Positions 57,570 to 64,000 of a stretch of DNA of 64,000 nt are shown piece after piece. This stretch comes from a virus. The position numbers and the translations under genes are program-made. The stretch's first letter is position 1, and every line of letters begins with the position of its first letter. Under the pieces are notes generated by a model. The model was not told where the DNA came from. It saw nothing but the letters and a program-made list of their open reading frames with translations, and ran no database searches. The stretch spans positions 32,001-96,000 of IMG/VR virus record IMGVR_UViG_3300023181_000026. One strand, written 5' to 3'.

Positions 57570-58002
57570 TTAATATCATGTAAACTCTATTCTGTTCGTC
57601 TTGCATTTCTTCTATTTTCTTTCCGTAATTGAAACTTCGCTTAAGAATATTCTCCATCTTGTGGTGATGACTTGAGGAATTTGGTCTTCCTGTTTCTTTT
57701 AAGTAGTTGTCAAGTATGTCTTTTTTATATTGATAGGCTATTTTCCTTTTTTTCGAGGCTTTATCTTCAGGATTTCTCTCTAATTTAGCCTCGCATTCTG
57801 AAATAACTTCTTGTACATATTTATTTTTGATGTACATAGTCCCTAAGAAAGGTAACTTAAATGAGCAACAATCTGTTGCCTCTGTTTGTTTATGAATCCA
57901 ATCTACACAAAACTTATATAAATATTCCATTTCTTTAGGAGTTCTTCCTAATTCTCTTGCCGATCTATTTATTACTTCATTTGTAAATGCTATATCATTC
58001 AT
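57553..58002 (-). CDS. HU/IHF-like DNA-binding protein
   Basis: Two N-terminal helices then SFKLPFLGTMY. Confidence 0.5.
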   Translation of the reverse strand: MNDIAFTNEVINRSARELGRTPKEMEYLYKFCVDWIHKQTEATDCCSFKLPFLGTMYIKNKYVQEVISECEAKLERNPEDKASKKRKIAYQYKKDILDNYLKETGRPNSSSHHHKMENILKRSFNYGKKIEEMQDEQNRVYMILNEKME

Positions 58003-58397
58003 TCTACTATCTTAATTGCAAATAACTTTTCTTTAGTTGTTTTATCTAAAAAGTAATCTTTTATCCTTTGTAATTCTGGAGATAAAAAATCGTTATGATA
58101 ATTCTTATTATCCTTTATCAAATACCCTAATTTTCTAAGTTCTGAATTTATCTGATGTATATTAGCTCTGGAAAAACCTGCATCTTGCATTAAATCTTTA
58201 GTGCTTGAACTTACCCCAAATAAAATATAATAAGATATAACCTCAACTGCTTTTGGTCTAAGATGAAGTTTATTCAAATCACTCTTATTTGCCAAAGCAT
58301 GGTTATTGTTTTTTATAATAGCGAATATAGAAACAATACGATTAATCTTGTCTAAATCGCTTGTGATTTGCATTTTATTCAGATAAACTTTACTCAT
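57999..58397 (-). CDS. Winged-HTH-like protein, possible transcription regulator
   Basis: GFSRANIHQINSELRKLGYLIK. Confidence 0.5.
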   Translation of the reverse strand: MSKVYLNKMQITSDLDKINRIVSIFAIIKNNNHALANKSDLNKLHLRPKAVEVISYYILFGVSSSTKDLMQDAGFSRANIHQINSELRKLGYLIKDNKNYHNDFLSPELQRIKDYFLDKTTKEKLFAIKIVE

Positions 58398-58402
58398 GAT
58401 TG

Positions 58403-58434
58403 CAAATATATCACCTTTATTTTAAATTTCCTAA
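58403..58434 (-). promoter_or_regulatory. Bacteroidota sigma-type promoter
   Basis: TATATTTG at 58410-58403; TTAG at the -33 position, 20-nt spacer. Confidence 0.65.
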
Positions 58435-58490
58435 TTTTTTTAGTTAAATTTTACTTAATTATTTTGTTGTTAATTTTATTTTCACTATGG

Positions 58491-58522
58491 CAAAATTATA
58501 AAAGTTATTCTTATCTTTCAAA
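58491..58522 (-). promoter_or_regulatory. Second leftward Bacteroidota-type promoter
   Basis: TAATTTTG at 58498-58491, TTTG at 58522-58519, 20-nt spacer. Confidence 0.6.
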
Positions 58523-58545
58523 AGTCTGATAATTTTTCTTAGACA

Positions 58546-58577
58546 TTTGCTTTATACTTTCAATTTTTATATCTTTG
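58546..58577 (+). promoter_or_regulatory. Rightward Bacteroidota-type promoter
   Basis: TTTG at 58546-58549, TATCTTTG at 58570-58577, 20-nt spacer. Confidence 0.8.
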
Positions 58578-58593
58578 CACTAAACCAAATATT

Positions 58594-58842
58594 ATGCTTA
58601 ATTACGAAGAATTTTTTGAGGCTATGTGGGATTATGTCTCGACAAAGGTAGTTAATGACCACTATTTTTTTGAAAGAGAAGATATGATGAGGGCTATAAC
58701 TAAAGATATTTATGATATTTATTGCAATGAAGATGCCTCTATAAATCCTAAATTCTATGGTAGAACAGTGGAATCAATATTCTTTCATTTGATTAAGCAT
58801 GAAAATGAGAAAGAAGAAGTTGACTACAATAATTTTAATTAG
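58594..58842 (+). CDS. Hypothetical acidic protein
   Basis: First gene of the + strand module. Confidence 0.65.
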   Translation: MLNYEEFFEAMWDYVSTKVVNDHYFFEREDMMRAITKDIYDIYCNEDASINPKFYGRTVESIFFHLIKHENEKEEVDYNNFN

Positions 58843-58862
58843 TTGTTTTTATTTTAATATCT

Positions 58863-58892
58863 GCCCTCTGATTAAGCTTTCAGGGGGCTTTT
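58863..58892 (+). terminator. Rho-independent terminator-like hairpin
   Basis: GCCCTCTGA-ttaagctt-TCAGGGGGC-TTTT. Confidence 0.6.
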
Positions 58893-58899
58893 GAATTTT

Positions 58900-59436
58900 A
58901 TGGAAAGAAATATTTGTTCAATAGATGGTTTATCAGTTGTTAAACGGTATGGTGATAAAGAGATAAGTAAAACATTTAATTGCTATAAGGATTTATATGA
59001 TTTTATTAAAGGCTGTGACATAGTTTTATTTGGCGGCATAGAAAAATTAATAGAAAGGCTTAGGTCTGAATTTATAACTTATGATTTTAGAGATGTCAAA
59101 GTTATAGACTTATTAAAAGTTGAGGAATATATAAAGCCTAGAAATTTCAGTACTGTCTGTCATTCTTATGGATGTGATAATACTATTTTCAGTCTTTTAG
59201 AGGCACAAACTTTTAAATTAAGTAAATCGATAAGAGAATTAGATTTAATATCGTCAGGAGAATCAAAAAGACTAGATGTTGCAGGATATTTAAAAATTAA
59301 GGATGGTATAGTAGTTTGGGCTAAAGGCGCACACGAAAATAAACCAATCGTTAAAAATATACCTTATACTCAGAAAATACTAAATTCTCTTCCTTATGAA
59401 ACCCAAGAAGAAATAAAAAAAGTATTTAAAAGATAA
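58900..59436 (+). CDS. Degenerate Bacteroidetes-type DnaQ/DEDDh exonuclease homologue
   Basis: FIKGCDIV, KVIDLLKV, LDVAGYL and WAKGAHENKPI align by eye with Bacteroidota DnaQ-like proteins; catalytic motifs not recognisable. Confidence 0.6.
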   Translation: MERNICSIDGLSVVKRYGDKEISKTFNCYKDLYDFIKGCDIVLFGGIEKLIERLRSEFITYDFRDVKVIDLLKVEEYIKPRNFSTVCHSYGCDNTIFSLLEAQTFKLSKSIRELDLISSGESKRLDVAGYLKIKDGIVVWAKGAHENKPIVKNIPYTQKILNSLPYETQEEIKKVFKR

Positions 59437-59452
59437 AATTAACTCTTAGATA

Positions 59453-59484
59453 TTTGGTAGTTAGAATATTAATTCTTATATTTG
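59453..59484 (+). promoter_or_regulatory. Bacteroidota-type promoter
   Basis: TTTG at 59453-59456, TATATTTG at 59477-59484, 20-nt spacer. Confidence 0.8.
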
Positions 59485-59548
59485 CTATTCAATATTCCCA
59501 GTATGCCCCTGAATTAATTTTCAAGCTATTGGGTTAATAACAGAATTT

Positions 59549-59656
59549 ATGAAAGCATTTATATTTAAAGACTCATTAGAAGGTAAAGAGATTGCGCCAA
59601 CATTAGTTATTTCTTTTAAAGAATTAGATTCACTTTTAGGTGGAATCGGAGTATAA
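59549..59656 (+). CDS. 35-aa microprotein (not in ORF track)
   Basis: MKAFIFKDSLEGKEIAPTLVISFKELDSLLGGIGV*; first ATG downstream of the 59453 promoter that opens a plausible ORF. Confidence 0.5.
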   Translation: MKAFIFKDSLEGKEIAPTLVISFKELDSLLGGIGV

Positions 59657-59921
59657 AAATATTTAGTGAGTGTGAAAGGAGCTAGTCTCTGTAGTATATA
59701 CTCCGTGGGTGTTTTAAAGTTCACCTTTTTATCAAAAACTTAAATTACTATCCTTTACCACTATTTCGGGTTAAAAATGTGGAATTTTATCGGAATTATA
59801 TTCTAATGTGGATTGAAGGAGAACCTGAAGCATTGTGAAGTCAAAATATTTAAAATGCACCCCGTCTGATTGAGCCGTTTCTCCTCCTGAGCTCTTTCTT
59901 TCGGGGATTGTTAATTTAAAT

Positions 59922-61127
59922 ATGCACGATTTAATAAAAAAACCAGATGAGTTTACAATTACAACTTTTAAAAATTTATCGAATTGTCGAGTTACAGGCC
60001 AAATAAATTTTTCTGAATGGCTTCTTAAAATTAAAAATGGAGATTTTGCAGAAGAAATAAATCTTGCTCGAAATGATGATTCTCAGAAAGATTTTATAAA
60101 GGTAAATAAAGTACCTTGCGTAACTATAAATTTTAATTATAATAATTATAAGAATAGTAAAAATTGTAGTAGTGCTACTGGACTACTTTATATTGACATT
60201 GATGCGCCTGATTTTGATATATCTATTATAGATAAGTCTTTAGTTAGAGCTTACTACAAATCCTTTGGTAATAAAGGATATGGTATAGTAGTTAAAGTAG
60301 ATGGACTTACTAGCGATAATTTTGAAAGTACTTATTTTAGTATTTGCGATAAATTAGGCATTTCTCAATATGTTGATTTAGGAGCTAAAAAGGCTAGCCA
60401 ATTCAATGTAATGTCTTTTGACACAGATTTATTTGATAACCCTAACTCTAGGATATTTAGTAGTTTCTCTACCCCCCTTCTAGAGAATAATAGAAGAGAG
60501 AGAAGAGCATATAGCACAGAGTGGGGGGTAACTAATGTTAGATTTAGTAATAGACAGGACTATATAAAAGGAGATGATGAGTATTTCGTTGATTTTGGAA
60601 ACATAGAAATTATAGAAGCAAAATTGCTTTACAAAAAAGTTTCAAAGAACAGAAATAATATTCTATTAGCATATTGTACAAACCTTTTATTCTTAAACCC
60701 TCAAATATATTATGACAGATTATATAAAATAATGCGTGCTGTAAATGAAAACAATTTTACAAATCCAGTAGATGATAATCAATTAAATAGAATTTTAAAT
60801 AGTGTTATAGGTTATCATAATTCAGGAGAATTAATACCAATACCTCAAAAAAAGAAAGGCAGTATAATATTTAGTGAAAAAGTTAAAAACAAATATACGA
60901 AAGAAGAAAAATTTGCAATTGTTAGGAAATTGAATTGTGAAAACACAGCTAAAAAAACTAAATTAAAATTAGAAAATATAATAAAGAATTGGGATTATTC
61001 TTTACATGGTAAAATAACACAAGTAAATATCGTAAGAAATCACCCTATATCAAAAAAAACTGTTGAAAAATATTATAAATTTTTTATAGAAATTATAAAA
61101 ATAAGTAACTCAAAATTTGGTAGTTAG
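59922..61127 (+). CDS. BT4734/VirE-N-like primase-superfamily protein with C-terminal HTH
   Basis: PCVTIN, LYIDID and YKSFGNKGYGIVVKV motifs; PriCT-like NPVDDNQLNRILNS; ISKKTVEKYY. Confidence 0.65.
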   Translation: MHDLIKKPDEFTITTFKNLSNCRVTGQINFSEWLLKIKNGDFAEEINLARNDDSQKDFIKVNKVPCVTINFNYNNYKNSKNCSSATGLLYIDIDAPDFDISIIDKSLVRAYYKSFGNKGYGIVVKVDGLTSDNFESTYFSICDKLGISQYVDLGAKKASQFNVMSFDTDLFDNPNSRIFSSFSTPLLENNRRERRAYSTEWGVTNVRFSNRQDYIKGDDEYFVDFGNIEIIEAKLLYKKVSKNRNNILLAYCTNLLFLNPQIYYDRLYKIMRAVNENNFTNPVDDNQLNRILNSVIGYHNSGELIPIPQKKKGSIIFSEKVKNKYTKEEKFAIVRKLNCENTAKKTKLKLENIIKNWDYSLHGKITQVNIVRNHPISKKTVEKYYKFFIEIIKISNSKFGS

Positions 61128-61147
61128 CTTTAAAATTATTAAATTTG
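61116..61147 (+). promoter_or_regulatory. Bacteroidota-type promoter
   Basis: TTTG at 61116-61119, TAAATTTG at 61140-61147, 20-nt spacer. Confidence 0.7.
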
Positions 61148-61156
61148 TTATTCACA

Positions 61157-61384
61157 ATGATAGATATGGAGAAACTTCTAATAATAGAAAATAAAATAAA
61201 TGCGCCAGAAGAAATAATTTATGGTGTAAGATTGGGTAAAGATAAAGGTAATTCTACAATAACAGATTTTTATATTAAATCCTGCTCAATGGAAGAAGAA
61301 GAAATTCAATTTAGAATTTACGGGTCTTTAGAAAGAAAAGCTTTAAGTAAAATATTCTTAGAATTATCAAATAAATTAAAATAA
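61157..61384 (+). CDS. Hypothetical protein
   Basis: ATG at 61157 preferred over the track's TTG, which lies within the promoter. Confidence 0.6.
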   Translation: MIDMEKLLIIENKINAPEEIIYGVRLGKDKGNSTITDFYIKSCSMEEEEIQFRIYGSLERKALSKIFLELSNKLK

Positions 61385-61659
61385 TGAAAGAAAAAATAGA
61401 AACATTAATCGCCGAAAATAAATTATTAAAAGACCAATGTTGGGCGACAATAAACGAATTAAGAGAAAGCAGATTTAATAGGAGCTTAAAAACAGGAACT
61501 AAGATAGCTAAGTTAGAAACTGAATATGAAAATAGAAAAGAATTTATTGAACAGTTAGAAAGCTTAAAAAATTGTAATTATACAGAATTGAGTGCATTCA
61601 CAGAATGGAACAGTAAAGAAGACGCACTAAACTTTGATGAAAAACAAGATAAATTTTAA
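61384..61659 (+). CDS. Hypothetical coiled-coil protein
   Basis: ORF-track ORF. Confidence 0.6.
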   Translation: MKEKIETLIAENKLLKDQCWATINELRESRFNRSLKTGTKIAKLETEYENRKEFIEQLESLKNCNYTELSAFTEWNSKEDALNFDEKQDKF

Positions 61660-61805
61660 TGAAAATTGTAAAACTTTCTACCAAAGAAATAAATAATTTA
61701 ATTTCTGTATTACATGGCCTTAATAATATAGAACATATAAAATATTTTGATTTTTTGACAAAGAATAAAAGAAAAATAAGGTTTATTAATTCAGATAAAT
61801 TTTAA
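61659..61805 (+). CDS. 48-aa hypothetical protein (not in ORF track)
   Basis: MKIVKLSTKEINNLISVLHG...SDKF*; TAATG coupling with the upstream gene. Confidence 0.55.
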   Translation: MKIVKLSTKEINNLISVLHGLNNIEHIKYFDFLTKNKRKIRFINSDKF

Positions 61806-61808
61806 ATT

Positions 61809-62003
61809 ATGCACGCATTTATAAAATTGCAAAATATGGAGTCTTTAATAAAAAAGTTAGAAGAATATATAGAATTTTTAAATAAAGCTAATGAGAGTCC
61901 TATAAACATAGCTTCTGCTCATGGATGGAAATGTAGTCAACAAGATGTCGAAAAAGGACAAAGACTAAGAGATGAAATAGAAAGTATAAAATTTTATCTA
62001 TGA
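61809..62003 (+). CDS. Hypothetical protein
   Basis: ORF-track ORF. Confidence 0.55.
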   Translation: MHAFIKLQNMESLIKKLEEYIEFLNKANESPINIASAHGWKCSQQDVEKGQRLRDEIESIKFYL

Positions 62004-62335
62004 TAGACTTAACTAAATTTGGTTTTATAAAGACTGAGAAGAATACTTGGGTAGTATGGAAAGATTATATATACGATGATTTAAGAAGTGACTACGGATA
62101 TTATTTAAGAGCATCTATTCATGAACCATTTGTTGGTAAAATTACAAGCCCAGATATTGATTGTTATATGTATCAAATTATTGTACATAGATATGAATAT
62201 GATAGAACTCATATAGAACAATGGTTAGAAGAAGGAGAATCTCGTATATCATATCACGGACTTATACCATCAGAAGAGTTTTTTGAAGAACTGTTAGTTA
62301 ACTTAGGTATAAAATATGCCGTCGAAAAAGAATAA
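62000..62335 (+). CDS. Hypothetical protein
   Basis: ORF-track ORF, ATGA overlap. Confidence 0.6.
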   Translation: MIDLTKFGFIKTEKNTWVVWKDYIYDDLRSDYGYYLRASIHEPFVGKITSPDIDCYMYQIIVHRYEYDRTHIEQWLEEGESRISYHGLIPSEEFFEELLVNLGIKYAVEKE

Positions 62336-62513
62336 TCAACAAGACAAAATACAAGTTAGACAATTCAAAGATGGTTCCTTAAACTTTTGGTCGGAATTTC
62401 GTCATTATCATTTAACAGAAGATAAAGAAATTATACTTTGTGCAGGAGGCGGAGAAAGCGAAGAGCATTTAGAAAAACTAAAAGCTTATTTAAAGAGAAA
62501 AAAGTTGATATGA
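62316..62513 (+). CDS. Hypothetical protein
   Basis: ORF-track ORF. Confidence 0.55.
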   Translation: MPSKKNNQQDKIQVRQFKDGSLNFWSEFRHYHLTEDKEIILCAGGGESEEHLEKLKAYLKRKKLI

Positions 62514-62653
62514 ACTATAAGTTACAGCTTTGGAATGATTGTAAATGCGGTCAAAGAAATTACAGAGAGTTAGAAGATCTTAAAAATTATACTTCAAGTA
62601 TACTATGTGTAAGTTGTAAAGAAGAAATAATAATTGGGTATGAGAGAATATAA
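62510..62653 (+). CDS. Small zinc-ribbon-like protein
   Basis: ATG at 62510 overlaps the upstream stop; CKCG and CVSC. Confidence 0.5.
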   Translation: MNYKLQLWNDCKCGQRNYRELEDLKNYTSSILCVSCKEEIIIGYERI

Positions 62654-62888
62654 AATAGAAACTGTACAAGATATGTTTGATGTAGTTACGACTGATAACA
62701 TAGAAAGATTTTTAATGGATTTTTGCATGGCTTTTCATATGATGGCGGAAGCAAAAGAAAATTTACATAAAGATGGAATAGACTTATCTGAAATAAAAAA
62801 TCCTTATTTTATTTGGAAAGATGATGGTAAGACAGATATAAGTTTTAAATTTAATGACAATGAAAGTCTTGAAATAAAAGGTAAATGA
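62640..62888 (+). CDS. Hypothetical protein
   Basis: ATG at 62640 (MREYKIETVQD). Confidence 0.6.
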   Translation: MREYKIETVQDMFDVVTTDNIERFLMDFCMAFHMMAEAKENLHKDGIDLSEIKNPYFIWKDDGKTDISFKFNDNESLEIKGK

Positions 62889-63349
62889 AAAGAAAGCCAT
62901 TAAAATACTATCAAGCTAAAAACAATTTTGACTTTAGTACAGAAGATTATAATTCTCTGTCAATATCGCAGCTTAAAAAACAAGCAGATTATTGGATGAG
63001 ACAACATCTGTTGAGAGAAACAGACAGTAGATATGGAAAGTATTTTTGCCCTCTAAAAAAGGCGTGGCTTCCAGCAAATCAGCTAGAAGTGGCTCATTTT
63101 ATAGATCGAGCAAATATGAGTACAAGATACGATTTAAGAAACTGTCATTTAGTATCAAAACAGTCTAATACTTTCGATGCACAAACCCCTAAAGAAGGGT
63201 ATAAATCACAGCATCATTTTGACTATGAATGTTTTTTATTACAAGAATATGGAGAAAATATACTAAAAGAGTTGGCAGATAAAAAGGAATTAACTATATT
63301 TGCAAGAGAAGATTACATAGAAAAAATTAAATTCTTTAGAAATGTCTGA
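62885..63349 (+). CDS. NinG/Rap-like HNH-fold endonuclease
   Basis: QADYWMRQHLLRE...EVAHFIDR...TRYDLRNCHLVSKQSN pattern. Confidence 0.7.
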   Translation: MKRKPLKYYQAKNNFDFSTEDYNSLSISQLKKQADYWMRQHLLRETDSRYGKYFCPLKKAWLPANQLEVAHFIDRANMSTRYDLRNCHLVSKQSNTFDAQTPKEGYKSQHHFDYECFLLQEYGENILKELADKKELTIFAREDYIEKIKFFRNV

Positions 63350-63752
63350 CATACACCCTTGGTTCAAATTAAATGACTTAATAGAAGACTACTCAGAGAA
63401 TAGAGAAAGCTACAATGCAGAAAAATTACAAGAGCTTAGGGAGTCTATAAGCTTACAATTATTTTTCCTATCTGACTCTTTTTCTGTTGCAATATCTCTA
63501 TACGATCAAAAAGAACATATAAGAAAGTCAAAAATGGCAGAAAGAGAGCAATTCTATAGGCAAGATAAAGGATCTGATGGGAAGTCAATGACTGTTGCTG
63601 AAGCAGCCAATCTCGCTAGAATAGACTGTTCTAAAGAAGTCGATGATTGTAAAGAAGCTCTTAGACAAAAGAAAAGGGCTGAAATAGTATTAATGGCTAC
63701 CCAGCAAATATTAAATTCAATTAGCAGCCGCATTCATATGATAAAAAATTAA
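63342..63752 (+). CDS. Helical protein upstream of recA (possible recombination mediator)
   Basis: Position and helical character; function inferred only. Confidence 0.4.
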   Translation: MSDIHPWFKLNDLIEDYSENRESYNAEKLQELRESISLQLFFLSDSFSVAISLYDQKEHIRKSKMAEREQFYRQDKGSDGKSMTVAEAANLARIDCSKEVDDCKEALRQKKRAEIVLMATQQILNSISSRIHMIKN

Positions 63753-63761
63753 ATATATAAA

Positions 63762-64000
63762 ATGGCAAAAAAGCAGGTTACAGAAGATTCTACATTATCA
63801 GCAATTGATAAACTTTACGCAAAATATAAAAAAACAGATAATATTTTTGAAGCTCCAAAAAGTTTAGAGGATATAGATGTTTCAGTTGAAAGAATGATTA
63901 ACCCGTTCTTATCATTTGATAGATATCTAGGAGGAGCTCCAGCTTACGGAAAAATTACAACATATTCGGCATTTGCAAGCTGCGGTAAAACTTCACTAGC
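63762..64000 (+). CDS. recA: RecA/UvsX-like recombinase (5' part, truncated by window edge)
   Basis: MAKKQ...LSFDRYLGGAPAYGKITTYSAFASCGKTSL (Walker A variant). Confidence 0.8.
   Translation, partial: MAKKQVTEDSTLSAIDKLYAKYKKTDNIFEAPKSLEDIDVSVERMINPFLSFDRYLGGAPAYGKITTYSAFASCGKTSL

Noticed and set aside
59521-59724. Minus-strand 67-aa ORF
   Set aside because: It opposes a consensus + strand promoter and a better + strand micro-ORF (59549..59656).
61647-61805. Two consecutive small genes both ending AGATAAATTTTAA (DKF*), a possible cassette junction
   Set aside because: A 13-nt, almost all-A/T match is plausibly chance in this composition.
1-64000. tRNA genes or CRISPR arrays
   Set aside because: No cloverleaf/T-loop signature or regularly spaced repeats seen in the few intergenic gaps; not checked computationally.
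63960-64000. Non-canonical RecA Walker A (AFASCGKT)
   Set aside because: The invariant GKT is intact and phage recombinases vary at the first position; the gene is truncated by the window.

Overview
This window is a 64-kb, AT-rich segment of a large lytic podovirus-type phage related to the crAss-like (Crassvirales-related) group. The host is almost certainly Bacteroidota, probably Flavobacteriia: ten TTTG-N19/20-TAnnTTTG-type promoters, no Shine-Dalgarno sites, and a Bacteroidetes-type DnaQ-like gene and a DUF1573-like gene. Positions 1-58400 are one minus-strand morphogenesis module. In transcription order it holds small regulators, terminase large subunit with a class-3 LAGLIDADG intein, GroES and GroEL, portal, scaffold-like protein, major capsid protein and other head proteins. 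It continues with a lysis cassette (GH19 endolysin), tail fibres/tailspike, tail ring proteins, a 2444-aa tail 'muzzle' protein, and then very large ejected/cargo-type proteins, the last running off the left edge. Positions 58590-64000 begin a plus-strand early/replication module: degenerate DnaQ-like protein, BT4734/VirE-N primase-like protein, NinG-like nuclease and a partial RecA-like gene. The most unusual signals are (i) a repeated [FMY]-[EA]-[ND]-G-G motif that partitions two adjacent cargo genes into modules, with an exact 27-nt DNA repeat, (ii) giant cargo proteins whose only cysteines are at their termini, and (iii) an unannotated 21-aa peptide sharing VGIPKPK with another gene 9 kb away. 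All homology calls come from motif recognition by eye, not database searches.
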